A stretch of DNA of 64,000 nt from the human T2T-CHM13v2.0 reference genome, Homo sapiens. Each line of letters opens with the position of its first letter. Within the stretch, counting starts at the first letter, position 1. Where the stretch lies: assembly GCF_009914755.1 (NCBI RefSeq), contig NC_060926.1, one strand, 5' to 3'. The notes under the pieces are model-generated. The model saw nothing but the letters and a program-made list of their open reading frames with translations, had not been told where the DNA came from and searched no databases. The position numbers were made by a program, and so were the translations under genes. This document shows, piece by piece, positions 12,623-26,436 of the stretch.

Positions 12623-15183
12623 GTAAGGAGGCATTATTGTCTGGGTTTTTACACACATTAAGTATCTACCTTCGGTCAATTTCATGGTCTCAGGCAGGCC
12701 CCAACAGGTTGGACAACCACCTTCATTTTTGGCCCCACTCCCGCTGATCAGTGCTGGACATAATCTAGTGAGGATAGTAATTTGTGCATTATTCTTAGTG
12801 AAGTTCAGAATCAAGGCCCGATTGCCCTAGCAGATGGAGTCAGCTTGGAAAGTACATTTACAAGGGAATAGGATCAATTAGTTCAACTGGTGGAAATTCC
12901 TGCTCCTAACAGCTGATCTGCTTCTAATCACTGAGGTAAGTCTGGAATCCTGTTGACATAGTGCAGACCTGCCTCAACAGCAAGTGGGAAAGATCAAGTG
13001 TGAGGCTAGAGCAGGTACGCTGAGTTCAGTTCACTTTGTGACCTAGAAGCAGCCTCCAAATATGTAAATCAAGCACCATTTCCTTGAGTGCAGAAAAATG
13101 GGCTTGTACTATGACATGTGGAAGGATTATTTCTGCAACTAAAAACAGCATCATTGAAAGTGAGATTAAAATCATATCCCAGAAAGGAAGCATTTTAGAT
13201 CTCTGCCCACTGGCATACCTTTGCATCTTTCCATGAATTCAGTGATATAAGCATGTGTTGTTGGGATCCCCAGATCCGTTTAAAAAGCTGGGACTTGTCT
13301 CAAAGTTTCTAGCTGGGAAATTTCTATAACTCCATGTTCAGTTGGGATATATTATGTAAGAGAAGCAAATGCAGCTAGGTATTTTGTGACAACATGAGGA
13401 GACATATTAAACATTATAATAAGCAACTTCAGGTTTTTTGTTTGGGGTTTCTTTGGGTTGTCTGTTGAGGTGTTTGGTCTTTGGGGCGTGCACAGTCCTA
13501 TGGGGAGCAGGCTTGCCCTGTGTCTTCTTTGTTACACCTAGTGTCATGGCAGAGGGTGGGGACTGGCACTGGATACTCCTTGAGCTAGTTCAACGTTAAG
13601 GACACATTGAATTGGAATTCCAATTGGCATTTTCATCTCTTACGAGTGGTTTTTTCACATTAGAAAACACTATAAATAAGCAATAGAACATGGCAAGAGA
13701 GCTGAGCATTCAGAGGATATTTGATAGAGACTAAAGCAGTGTTGACACCAATAGCTTATTTTACACAATTGTAATTCTCAGGCCCAACTGCTGTTTACCG
13801 TACTTGGAACATTGTCACATAAGGCTCCTTGTGTCCTGTAATGGTATAGTGAGTAGCAAAATCCGTGTATGTCTACATTTCTGTTTATGAAAGTACACAC
13901 AAGTGCCAAATGAAATGTAATACCTACTCTTCTTTTTAACTGTAATTTAGTCCAGAATAACTTTCATGTTCATGGCTGGAGCTGAGAAATTGCTTATTTC
14001 TGAGAAAATGAGTTGCTAGAGCTATGGTCTATACTGTAGCTGCAGAGGGTTTCACAGCACTGTAGATTCAACATGAAAGTTTGAGGGTCTGGGAGTTAGT
14101 AATGTTTTTAAAAAGAGGAAACACCACGTGTATGGAAGGCAAGATGCTATCTGTGGGGACTCAGATCAAGATTGTCTTCTGTATGATTCAGCATATAGCC
14201 CCCAAAATGTAGGACAAATTGATGGTTTCTCATGGGAACGGTGCATCTTTGAAAATGCTGTATAGTAATAAAGAATATTAGCTGATTTCTTTGTGTGTGG
14301 GTGGGGGGGAACTAAACAGCATATAATTATTATGTATGCAATTATAGTACTTTGTGTGTAAGCATGCCTATGTAAATATATAGATTCCTGTTCCAAGTCA
14401 GTCTCTAGCCTTAAGGGCACTTTTAAAGACCGAGCATGCTTATGAGACATATTTATGGTATCTTTAGCATATATGTTAAATTGATAATCGAACAGACATT
14501 TAGGTGAAAAAGTAGTGGTCTACTTCAATTTTATTAAGGATACACTTATTTTATATAAGTACACATATTATTTGTTACATATTAAATAATTTCATATACA
14601 TGTGTATATTCTAAGTTTAAAATAATGTGAAGTTGCATTCAGTTGAACCTTGTACAGCTTGGTATAAGAAGCACAAGTTGGACATGAGATACCCTAGTTG
14701 GTGGTCATGGGGCCTCACTAGCTATGAGACCTAGGCTTAGCCTCTTAACCTGAATTAACTGACAGCAATTTCCTGTCAACTGTACAATCTAGGTCTAGAA
14801 TTATAGTACTAATTTTATAGGATTTTTATGAGAATCAAAGAAATTAACATGTGAGTGAGCATTGTCAACTGCAAAGCACTCGTCGGACATAGTAATTATT
14901 ATAATGGGATGAACTCTGTGGTTTCCAGATGCTCTCTGAGTTGCCCTTATAATTCCTCTGGGGCCTTTCCCCAGGTGGTGATGTGGAAGTAAGAGAATAT
15001 CATTAAAACTAAAATTTACCCTTGGCTCAAAGGGTCCTGAGCCAGGGCCCGATTTTCTAAACTTCATTTCAGCCATCCATCTGCCCTGAATATCCATTCT
15101 TCATCGTTAATGCCTTCAAGTTTTACAAGGACAGTTCAGTAGGAAGTGTATTCTACTCAGGGAGATGCTGAATTCATGCTTAG

Positions 15184-15378
15184 GTCTCAGTTCAGGCTGC
15201 TACAAGAGAATACCCTAAGAGCTCATGTCCCTTCTTCTAAGGGCACTAACCCCATTCATGGGGGCTCCACTCTGATGGCCTAATTAGCTCCCAAAGGCCC
15301 TGCCTCCAAATACCGTCACATTGGGATTAGGCTTCATCATATGAATGTTAGGGGGACACAAACTTTCAGTCCACAGCA
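15184..15378 (-). mobile_element. MaLR LTR (MLT1A-type), internally deleted
   Basis: gggcactaaccccattcatgggggctccac...gggggacacaaactttcagtccacagca. Confidence 0.8.
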
Positions 15379-16496
15379 GTGCTCATTGTCATTTAGACTT
15401 TAGGATTGCTGGTTCTAGTATCCTGTCCCATTGTGTATTTTGTTGTCAAAGATCTATGCAGGACAACTTTTCCATGATTCCCATGCGTAGAGTGGGTGAG
15501 TGCCAGCTTCTCCTGATAGTCATTCATTATGCTGCTATTGGTGTACAAAACACTTACATTTCAATTATATTTACCATATATGGTATTGTCTTGTGTATAG
15601 GGGTATGGACTTGTTTGTGTGATGAGTTTCAAATGTTTTTCATTCATTTTAATAAAGCAAGACATTTCATTACAACTCAATATAACAATTAAAAACAACT
15701 CATCACAAATGTTTTTTGAAAACTCTCTTGTTTTTAGTGGGATTATGTGCAAAATAAATATTCCTGACTTCCACTGCCTCTCTGAGCCTCCCCCCGACCC
15801 TGAGCCTCTGAGGCAGTTAAAGCAGGTATCACTCCCATTTTACAAATAAGTAAACTAAGACCCAAGTTTTATACCTGCTGAGCTGTAGAGCTGAGACGTG
15901 ATCCGATATCCTGGCTGGGTGCCTAGTCTGGTATCTCCTGGCAGCCTTCCTGTCCCTCTGATCTTTTAGTAAATATTTTTGAATAATTCTTTCTGATATT
16001 TGAAATGTACTGAACATTTTTTTCTAATAACAAAAAAAAGAGCTTTCTGATTAATGCAGAACTTAAATCTATGCCTCAGTGACCCATACAGCATTCCAGT
16101 TCCTATCACCTACTGTCTTGTCCCTATACTTGCAGCAGTTGTCCAGGGTTATTCTTTGTCTGTATTAGAATTTTTTTTCAGGTTGCTTAAGGAATCTTGC
16201 AGATACTTGTGACAAAGAATCATAAATGCTGTTGTTAAACTGAATAATGAATTGAGTCCCAAATGTTCGTGCTAATTAATGCTTTTTGAGTTGGAGATGA
16301 AATGAGAGTAATATCATCAAGCTGTGGATTAAAGTTATCCTCAAAGCCCCATCATCTACAAAAAGAATAGGACAGGAACTGCCTTTGTGCAGGTGCAAGA
16401 CCATGTTACTTTTGAGCAGTGAGCTTGAGATGTCTGGGATACAAATTGGGTTCCCTATTAACTACTAATCATTCCTTTTTTTTCTTTCACCTTCAG

Positions 16497-16589
16497 CCAC
16501 TCACAACTGACCTTCACTACTATTACATCCTGGAGCTGTCGTTTTATTGGTCTTTGATGTTTTCTCAGTTCACTGATATCAAAAGAAAG
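16497..16589 (+). CDS. CERS6: CERS6 coding exon (93 nt, phase 0-0; probably exon 6), [31 protein letters not shown]
   Basis: Branch-like TACTAAT at 16463-16469, long pyrimidine tract, cttcag acceptor; donor AAG|gtaaga at 16590; ends with the KRK that begins the KRKDF Lag1p motif. Confidence 0.97.
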
Positions 16590-17424
16590 GTAAGAGCGGT
16601 TATGTCGTAAAGTGCTTGCAAGCATGCATCTTTAATGGCCCTTAGCAGGTGGGTTTAGACTCTCAAAGGCACTCACCCCTGTTCTCCTGGCAGCCCTAGG
16701 TTAGTACGACTTGCTGCGTTATTACAGAAAGTTCTCTATTTTTGTTTGTGCTGTTTTATATTTTTTTCTATTGTTTCTTCGCTCATCCCCTAAAACTCAG
16801 CTCTCTTTTCTCCATGTAATAATGTAGCAATGAATCCCCGTAGAAATGATTTTCTCTCAATCTAATTCCCAAGTTCCTCTGTTCTCCAAATTAAATAAAA
16901 AGCAAGAATTCTATTTGTAGCTCCTGGGAGAGAGTAAAGTCTCAGTGTTTCAACCCTACAGAATTAATTCCCCAATTGCAGGGTTGTCCAGTGTCAAAAT
17001 ATGTCTCGGAAATGCAGCATTCCTCAGTGAACTGTGATCTGGTTTCCACCTATCCCCTCCACTGTAATCACTTTTGTGTGACCCCTTACGTGTTAAATCC
17101 ACTTATTCTGGCTTTCGTCCTACCAGCTTCTGGGCAGAATTGGCACTTCTAGCTCTTTACTGCTTATTTTTCTGTGACACCATATTTGGATTAATCCTTC
17201 AAAGTCACTTTGCTGTCCTTGTCTTAATGCCCCATGCTCTACATATTTGGGTGCAACAGAGTTCTGGACCTGAATTACAGGATGCCATCTCCCTGGATGA
17301 TTGAGTTGATACTTCCTGACACTTCCAACCATAACCTACATGCCATGAATTCTGAAATGTTTCTCTTCTGCCCCACATTCTCTCTGGGTCCATACTTCCA
17401 CATCTGTAGTCACAGATGATAGTA

Positions 17425-17644
17425 CTGGTTGAACATCCCTAAATCTGGAAATCCAAAATGCTCTGAAATTTGATACTTTTTGAGTGTTAACATGATCCTC
17501 AAAGTAAATAAATGCTCATTGGAGCATTTTGCATTTTAGATTTTTATATTAGGGATGCAAATCTGTAAGCATAATGCAAACATTCCGAAATCCAAGGAAA
17601 ACAGTTCTAATCCCAAGCATTTGGGGTAAGGGATACACAACGTA
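17425..17644. mobile_element. TcMar-Tigger MITE (Tigger4a/MER46-like)
   Basis: ggttgaacatccctaaatc...aatgctcattggagcattt...taagggatacacaac; degenerate terminal inverted repeats. Confidence 0.75.
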
Positions 17645-18056
17645 TATTGTGTTATTTTTGTACATTATATCATTTAGTCCTGACAACAAATCAGAGGTCC
17701 AGTTTGATTATTTTATTATTTATGCTTATTTTATGAATGATGAAACTAAGCCTTACATACAAAGTGCTCCTGACTGAAGACATGGTCTTCTAGTCTTGTT
17801 CTTCTCCAGTAACCCTTAGAACCAAAAGTCATGTCAGCCAGGACGTTTTCCTTTGCTCTCGTTTTTGCCACTCCGTATACCTTCTTCCTTAATGTCACTG
17901 ACAAACTTACAGTTCCCTCTCCTTTTGCCCACTCTATTATGTAGTCTCTTAAACAGTCTTTCTATCTAAGTAGTCATTCTTGTTTATCTGCTGCCTAAGA
18001 ATTATGTTTCTAAAACCTTCAAGACAAAGTTCAAATACGTGGAGGATAAAATGCAA

Positions 18057-18395
18057 TGTCTTAATCCAATTGAGCTAATACAAAAAAATGCCAGATTGAC
18101 TGAGTGGCTTATAAAATCTATTTCTCACGGTTCTAGAAGGTGAGGTGCCCCAGATCAAGGCACCAGCAGATTCAGTGTCTGGCAACAGCCCACTTTCTCA
18201 TAGATGACAACCTTCTCACTGTGTCCTCACATGGTGGAAGGGGCAAGACAGCTCTATGAGGCCTCCTTGTGAAAAGGCATGAGTCCCATTCACAAGGGCT
18301 TCTGCCAAAAGGCCCCATGTCCTAATACTATCACTTTGGGGGTTAGAGTTTCAATATATATATTTGAGAAGGACACAAGCATTTAGTCCCCAGCA
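18057..18395 (-). mobile_element. MaLR solo LTR (MLT1A/MST-type)
   Basis: tgtcttaatcc...ggacacaagcatttagtccccagca, flanked by tgcaa/agcaa (degenerate 5-bp TSD). Confidence 0.82.
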
Positions 18396-19506
18396 AGCAA
18401 GATATGTTCGCCTTTGCACCCCCATGACTATCAGTGTAGCTGCTCATCGTGGGAATCAGTAAGTTGAGGGTAAATGAATAAGCAAAATCAGTTCCTTTAC
18501 ATTATGATGGAGCACAGTACTGTAATGTATCATTTCTTGGTTAAATCAGTAATCTGCTAAGTTGCAAACTGGTATCCAAGTGGCAGCTGAAAAGCGTTTA
18601 GGAGTCTGTGGGCCTACTACTACCCAAGTCCCCTGTCCCCACATATGCTCCTTCCACCATCCTACAGCAGTGGCTTACTTGGCTGGCAAAAAGCTATCTT
18701 TTCTGACTTGTATGGCTACAGGGCCCTTAATATGGTATATATCAGCTGATTCTCAGAAGTAGGTGGTCCCTGTCAAAGCGAGCTTGGGCATAACAGATGA
18801 CTCTTTGACACCCGTAATTTGTGGTTCCCTTACTCATTGCACCCAACACTCCGAGTTGGTTTCTGAAATCATTTACGGACTCTTTAGTGATGGTATGTCA
18901 AGGGAATCTCTTCTGTCCTACATGAGGGAGCCTTCTTTGGTCATGTAGTGTCAATACATGTAGACTGATTATTTTCTGTGTGCCAGGTACTGTGCGAGGC
19001 TCATGTTGCATTTATTTTCTTTTTTGAGGAGACCTTTTGTCCAGGTAGTCACGTAAAACTCTTATATAACAGAGAGCTAGAACATTCTTCCTTTTTTTTT
19101 TTTTTTAACTTGGGAGAATTGATGCACAGAGTGAGTTTATGTAAGTTTCTCAAGGCCATGCAATATAGGAATGAATTAGAGGCTAGGCTTACCAAGCAGA
19201 GCCCTGTGATTCACTCTTAGATTAGACACATACATAATCCTTGCCTTGCCATGCTCCTGACATTACAGGTAGTTAGCCTTTAACAGCTCTTTGCCATTTT
19301 ATCAGTCCTTCTCTTGCTTAGTGAGAACTAGAGGTGCCATCCAGAGTCAAAAGCAGGAATAGCTGTCCTTGGCTTCCAGAAGCCTAGTCCTAGTAAGACA
19401 TTGCTATACCAAAAGTTACCAAGTCCCTGCACTAGCTTGAGCTTTCTCATCACATGTGGAATGTGGCTTTGCAGTGAGCCAGCAGGGCTCAAAATATCTT
19501 TATTGC

Positions 19507-20206
19507 TGTATTAGTTTGTTTTCGCACTGCTGTAAAGAAGTACCTGTGGCCAGGCATGGTGACTCATGGCTGTAATCCCAGCACATTAGGAGGCCGAGGT
19601 GGGTGGGTGGATCACTTGAGCTCACAAGTTCAAGACCAGCCTGAGCAACATGACGAAACCCTGTCTGTATAAAATATACAAAATTTAGCCAGATATGGTG
19701 TTGTGCACCAAGTGAGCCAAGATGGCACCGCCGCACTCCAGCCGGGGTGATAGAGCCAGACCTTGTCTCACAGGAAAAAAAAAAAAAAAAAAGAAAAAGA
19801 AAAAAAAAAAAAAAGAAACACCTGAGACTGGGTAATTTATAAAGAAAAGAGGTTTGAGGTTTAATTGGCTCACGGTTCCATAGGCTGTGCAGGAAGCATG
19901 ATACTGGGATCTGCTTGGCTTCTGGGGAGGCCACAGGAAACTTATAATCATAGCAGAAGGTGAAGGAGAAGCAAGGCATGTCTTACATGGTGGAGCAGAA
20001 GCAAAAGAGAGGGAAAGGTGCCACACACTTTTGAACAACTAGATCTCAAGAGAACTCACAATCCCGATGACAGCACCAATGGGGGATGGTGTTAAACGAT
20101 GAGAAACCGCACCCAGGATCCAATCACCTCCCACCAGGCCCCTTCATATTTGGGGATTACATTGCAACATGAGATTTGGGAGGGGACACAGATCCAAACC
20201 ATATCA
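19507..20206 (-). mobile_element. MSTA-type MaLR solo LTR interrupted by an Alu
   Basis: tgtattagtttgttttc...ggggacacagatccaaaccatatca; perfect 5-bp TSD attgc at 19502-19506 and 20207-20211. Confidence 0.9.
19548..19816 (+). mobile_element. Alu with deletion of part of the right arm, inserted in the MST LTR
   Basis: ggccaggcatggtgactcatggctgtaatcccagcac...long A tail; degenerate TSD aaagaagtacctg / aaagaaacacctg. Confidence 0.92.
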
Positions 20207-22159
20207 ATTGCTTTAAGCCAAATGACTGTTATCTCAATAATTTTCGTAGGTGAATTATTTTGGGGGATTGAAGTGTATCATTTTGTATTACTTTAACATA
20301 TATAACATCAGTGGAAAACACCTGTAAAAGGGATAATTTTATAGTAAAGTTTGTGGAATTGATCCTAGGCCTGTATATATTGTCAGTGTTTAGAAATCGA
20401 TTGTATATTTTTTGCTAGTCAATATGAATAGCATGTTTTAGATAGGTAGCTCCTCTTGTCTTCTGCTGGTCAGATTAGATTTGTACATTCCTGATGCAGC
20501 TGGTTTATTCTTGTTTCTTGCACAAAAATGGGAATTTGGCCGCTACCAGGCATGCTTACTCCTTGGCACAGGTTTTCATTAGGAAGGCCTTTTCCTCTGC
20601 TGCCATCTCTCATTAGGGAGCTGCAGTGCTTGCTTTTCCCCTTTGCGTCTTGCTGAATGGCCCCATGGGTCCTTGGCAGTTCCATCCTTATTCCGCCTCC
20701 ATTTGGAGGACCTGCTGTTCTAGCCATTAGTGAGGATTTATGGCACATTCTGTCTGCCAGATGCACTCTCCACCTTCTGTATTGGAACTATTAACTGAAC
20801 CCTCTAAAAACAGCCTGCTTCCTTATGATGGGATAGGGATGTTTGAAGACACCCATTGGCAATACAGTATGGAAATCAACTTCAGAAGACGTTCATGAGG
20901 TTGTTAATAGAAGAGTTATCACAGTGTTTCTTTGGCTCCCATATTAAATAACAATGAGTGTCAATGGCCATTTTCAAACAGGGACCAGGATTTATAAACA
21001 TTGGCTCCAAATGCATGCCTCAGACTTCTAGAATCAGTACTTTAAATAGGTTTGACAATCATTTATTTTGATTTATTGGGTTCACGAATTTTTCTAAAAT
21101 GGTTTTGTATTCATAAACTCTTCTTTTTTGGCACCTTTTTTTTAAATTGCTGTATTTCCATATAGAATCTGAAGTTTAAAAATGAGGGGAGAACTTTTCA
21201 TCTTCATGGTGACAGAACACATTGCCTCACTTGTAATCATTTCCAGAGTTGGTACTTATTTGGTCAGTGATGAGAAATACTATTAATCTTCCCAAAGGGA
21301 AGATTAGATGAAAAATAAAAGATGTTTAAAACATCTTTTATTTCCCAAGGCTTAATTTTTGTTAAAATTGTATCCTTTAGCACCTGTTCACAATGAACAT
21401 TTCTACTGCCATCTAAAATTTCCAAAGGAAGCTAATAAATATTTTTGCGTTGGAGCTCAGAACAGCTTGCTTATGTCTAAGCCCTATGTCCCTTTTAACT
21501 AAGCTGCTGTTTGGCTTCAAGGCCTGGGCCTTTGGCCAATGAGTTCTGCTCATGTTCAGAGTCCTTCTCAGGGAAGCATCCCTGGCAGAGTTCCAGGGCC
21601 CAGCTGGTGAAATCAACTTGTTGCCCTTTTGGTCTTAAACCCGAGAGAAACACTACATCTTATAAAAGATTCCTGACAGAGAGAGATATGATTAAGTCTA
21701 GCAAGAAACTTATTGATGAGCTTGTGTTAGCTCTCTGCTGACTTTTTGCGGAGAATAACTGGAGCCCATTACTGTAAGTGCTTTAGATGCCTTTGGGGGC
21801 CGTGTCATGCTCCAGATCTTGCCTGCTTCAGTTAGTTTTAGGGGAAAGGAAAATGCATGTTTTAATCTTACGAGGAAGCAGCATGGAACAGAATTACGTA
21901 AAATAATGTACGTGAAACTATGTAGTGTACGGTGCTTGACAAATAGAGCTTAGACAGTACGTGGCACATAATGACCCAGTAAGGAAAGTCAAAAAGCACC
22001 TACCATGAACACCATTGATTCATAAAGGAAAGGGCATTTTAACATAAAAGAAAGGGAGAAAGGTTACATATTGTAATAAAGGACAATCCTTTAAATTTAT
22101 CATTAAGTAAAAGTCCTTATTTTTGTCATTTTGTCCTAGACTGGGGAAAACATTATGGG

Positions 22160-22400
22160 TGCAATATGGCTTAGAGGTTAAAAGCATGAGCTCTGGAGTT
22201 TGTCTACCTGCCCAGCACCACTCCTAATTCGATGTGACCTTGAGCAAGTTACTTTACCTTTCTGTACGTTGGTTTCCTGATCCAAAGAATGGAGTTCACA
22301 TAACCTACCTTATGGGTGTGTTGTAAGTGTAAATAAGTAAATAAGTAGTACATGTACTTAGAAGAGTGCCTGGCACATCATAAATGCTCAATAAATGTAG
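22160..22400 (+). mobile_element. MIR
   Basis: gtgaccttgagcaagttactttacctttctg...gtgcctggcacatcataaatgctcaataaatg. Confidence 0.75.
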
Positions 22401-22408
22401 CCTTTCCT

Positions 22409-22799
22409 TGTAGTCATTAAGGCACTCCAGATACTGCCAGCTCTTCACCCTCAGGCACACCAGGATTGTGCTTCTCAGCCAACCTCCTCTTTTGTGATTG
22501 GGTGGGGCCATATGACTAGTGGGCTGTGAACAATATTGATTTGAGCCGCTTCTGGGCTGGAGTATTATAGTTGCCGGCATGGACTCTCTAGGGCTCCCAC
22601 TTCTAGCACAGTGATTGGTAACACTGGAGATGGGGGCTGCTCCGTCAGCCTGGGTTTCTTAGTGCCTCAGGCAAGCAGAGTCCCTGGCCCCCAACCAATG
22701 ATAACATGTAATGAGTAAGAAATAAGCCTTTGTTTTAAACCACTGAGGTTTTAAGGACTTTGTAATTGCTGCATATCTTAGCTTATCCTGACTGGCACA
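22409..22799 (+). mobile_element. Old MaLR LTR (MLT1H-J-like)
   Basis: gggtggggccatatgactag...aagaaataagcctttgttttaaaccactgagg...cttagcttatcctgactggcaca. Confidence 0.65.
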
Positions 22800-23150
22800 G
22801 ATGTTAATAATAATATGGCTAGTTATCATTTCCTAGGACAATATTTGGAAATAATTTGTCTAATCAGTACCTCTCAAAATATGCTCTTTGAATCCCTGAC
22901 AATCTCTGAGGCCCTTTCAGGAGGTGTGCAAGGGCAAAACTGTTTTTATAATAGTGCTAAGATGTCATTTGCCTTTCTCCCAGTGTTGAAATTTTCACTG
23001 AGAATGCAGAAGTAATCATGGGCAAAATTGCTGGTGGTGGCACCAAACTACTACTAATAGTAGTCATTGTACTCTTCATGCCACATTCTTGCAGAAAGAA
23101 AAAAATGTCAGTTTCACCTGAGAATGTTCTTGATGAAGCAGTAAAAACTA

Positions 23151-23714
23151 TAGTTGTCCCTCAGTATCCATGGGGAATTGGTTCCAGGACCACCAACCCC
23201 CGCCCCCGAGGATACCAAAATTCATGGATGCTCAAGTCTTTTATATAAAATGGTATAGTATTTGGCCAGTTGCGGTACTCCCACCTGTAATCCCAGCCCT
23301 TTGGGAGTCTGAGGCGGGCAGATTGCTTAAGCCCAGGAGTTTAAGACCTGCCTGGGCAACATAGCAAGACCCTGTTGCTAAAAAATAAAATAAAAATAAT
23401 TAAAAATAAAATAAAATTGTATATTTTTGTACAACCGATGCACATCCTCCCATATACTTTAAATCATCTCTAGATTACATAATACCTAATGCCATGTAAA
23501 TGCAATGTTAATAGTTATACTGTATTTCTTAGGGAATAATAACAAGAAAAAAGTCTATACATTCTATACATGTTCACAACTATCCATTTTTCTTATTCAG
23601 ACACACCCATCTATTTTTATATTTATATAGATACAACCGTCCATTTTTTAAAAAGTTTTCAATTCATGGTTGAATCCATGAATGCAGAACCTATGGATAA
23701 TGGGGGGCCAACAG
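23151..23714. mobile_element. MER2 (TcMar-Tigger) inserted into the Charlie element
   Basis: tagttgtccctcagtatccatggggaattggttccaggac...ggataatggggggccaacag, flanked by TA on both sides. Confidence 0.85.
23264..23416 (+). mobile_element. Alu monomer (FLAM-like) inside MER2
   Basis: Single arm ggccagttgcggtactcccacctgtaatcccagc...gcaagaccctgttgct + A-rich tail; degenerate TSD taaaatggtata / taaaattgtata. Confidence 0.85.
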
Positions 23715-24815
23715 TATTAATTTTATTAAACCTCTCTTCTTGAGTATATATTGAAAAAGAATATTGTGTGTGATGAAATTGGAAATAGGTATGCAATGGT
23801 GTCTGTCTTAAGAAAAATGCAGTTCTTTTTCTTTTGAACTGAACTTTTTTTCATAGAACCCCATTTTTACTTGAAAGAATGATAAACTGTGGTTATTCCA
23901 ACTTGTGTATTTGACAGACATTGTCTAGAAAATGCACAAAATTAGCTTGTCACGTTGTTTCAAAGAAAGCAACTGACATTATTTGTGGTCAGTGATAAAA
24001 CTCAAGCTTTCAAGCAAAAATTAGATTTTTGGAAAGCTTATGTGTACCAGCAGGAGCTTGACAGCCTGTCAATCCTTTACATTTCTGATGAGATTGGTAG
24101 TGATATTAACAAATGTGATTTTCAAAAATATTTTATTTAAAAAATCACTACTCAGCGAACCAATATTTTCCAGATAACTAATGCATGATGTTATAAAATC
24201 ATGCATGAGTGAAAGATCCATTCACAGACCAATGGATTTTAATGTAGCAGAATATAAAAAGTTTATTGATATGATTTTAGATTCCATATTACAACCAACT
24301 TTTAAGAATATCTGACTTGACAAATTTTAGTATGGTGCCAAAGAAGAATATCCATAACTATCTGAAAGTACTATTAAGGTACTTCTTCCTTCTCCAGCTA
24401 TGTATTATCGTGGTACTGGGTTTTCACCAAATACTTCAACCCAAACAACATCTGGCAACAGATTAAATGTATACACAGTTATGAGAATCCAACTCTCTAG
24501 TATTAAGCCAGACATTAAAGAGATTTGCAGTAATGGAAAACAAGGCCACTCTTCTCACCAATTTTTTTTGAAAATGTAATTTTTAGTAAAAATGTATTAA
24601 CATTTAATGGAGTTTGTTTACAATAAATAAATGTGTTTTAAATATTTTTAAAAATTTCTCAGTTCCAACAGTGGGTATGTTAATACTGATAGATATAGCC
24701 CTCATAAACAAATACTCTTTGGTGTTCGCAATAATTTTTGAAGAGGAGACCAAAATGTGTGAGAATGGCTGGTCTGGAATATTCTTAAGTCTTTCCTAAA
24801 AATGTGACTCCCATA

Positions 24816-25120
24816 CCAGGTTTTGTGGCTCATGCCTGTAATCCCAGCACTTTGGATGGACGAGGCAGGCGGATCACTTGAGGTCAGGAGTTCGAGACCA
24901 GCCTGGCCAACATGGTGAAACCCCATCTCTACTAAAAGTACAAAAAATTAGCTGGGCATGGTGGTACACACCTGTAATCCCAGCTACTCAGGAGGCTGAG
25001 GCAGGAGAATCACTTGAACCCGAGAGGCGGAGATTGCAGTGAGCCAAGATCACGCCACTGCACTCCAGCCTGGGAGACAAAGCCAGACTCCATCTCAAAA
25101 AACAAACAAACAAAAAAAAA
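24816..25120 (+). mobile_element. Full-length AluS
   Basis: Dimeric Alu with A tail; gtgactccca repeated on both flanks. Confidence 0.95.
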
Positions 25121-26098
25121 GTGACTCCCAGGTAGTGCCTCACATTGCATCAGCATATCCTTTCTTTGCTTGAAAAGCTAAAATCACACCAGATGACATC
25201 GGATCATCCTGGCAGGGATGGGGATTGATGTAGACTTCTCTCCTTGTAACCTCACTCCTGCTACCTATAGACACAGTCAGGAGGGCCGCTTCACCTCTCT
25301 TTCACCAAGGTGCAAAGTTGCTCTTTTATGCAACTTCTCATGATTGGAATTGCAATATTCTGCCCTTGAAGTTCAGTTTCCTCTGAGGTAGATATTCCCA
25401 ATCTTAGGCCTGTGTCCTGTTTCTTTCTCACTGCTGTGTCTTCAGAATATAAGCAGGGAAAAAGAGCAGCTCATTTTAATAAGCTACCATTTGTGATCAA
25501 AGCATTGCAAGCCAGTACCATGTGCAGACTGGTGGAAGAACAATAGAACTATTGTCTGGAAAAGAAGTGTTTCATGGGGTAATTTTTATGGGATTTTATT
25601 CAAAGGCTGCCTTCAGTAGTGGCTTACGCTGGCAATCAAGCATCCAAGTGCCTTGTCAAAGGAGAGGCTCTTAGACATCTTTAGATCTCATGGTCAGATA
25701 ACCAGCCACTAGTCAGCCCTGGTTCTCATAGACTCAGCCACATACTGTAATTCAGGGTGCAGAAGAGTGACGACCAGGAGCCTCTTCTTCCAGTGTGCTG
25801 CAGAGGGCTGCAGCATTACAGAGAGCCACGCGGTGCTGCTGGTCTCGGGCTCTGGGCACATAAATTCGGGTCCTCAGGAGTCCCACCTCTCTCAGGAGGT
25901 CTTGGTGGCCCTTGGGAGGTTTGGTCATTCAGCTTCTCATGGGGAGTTTCTCTCAAGTCAATTCTAGGGGCCTTGGGAAAACACCCACTTTGGCCGTTTA
26001 TAGCTCTGTCTCTCTCCCTGAAGTCGTGAACTCCTTCACTTTCCATCCCCATAAATATAAACAAACCCGTTCATCTGTCCTTCCCTTTGGCCTCCTGA

Positions 26099-26436
<338 letters not shown>

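Larger units (their letters stand above)
22865..24771. mobile_element. hAT-Charlie (Charlie1a-like) DNA transposon relic carrying nested MER2 and Alu monomer
   Basis: Left end cagtacctctcaaaat..gaggccctttcagg..caaaactgttttt; right end gagaccaaaatgtgtgagaatggctg; transposase-derived interior (aagctttcaagcaaaaattagatttttggaaa). Confidence 0.8.

Noticed and set aside
16419-16610. 63-aa ORF overlapping the 93-nt exon
   Set aside because: Exon plus chance open intron flanks, including the pyrimidine tract read as poly-Phe
19500-20038. 159- and 117-aa minus-strand ORFs
   Set aside because: Translations of MST LTR plus Alu with poly-Phe from the A tail; the same applies to Alu-derived ORFs at 9.3, 24.7, 26.1, 48.7-50.5, 57-58 and 60-61 kb
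23955-24140. Transposase-like peptide (QAFKQKLDFWK)
   Set aside because: Short decayed remnant of the Charlie element; no long frame suggesting domestication
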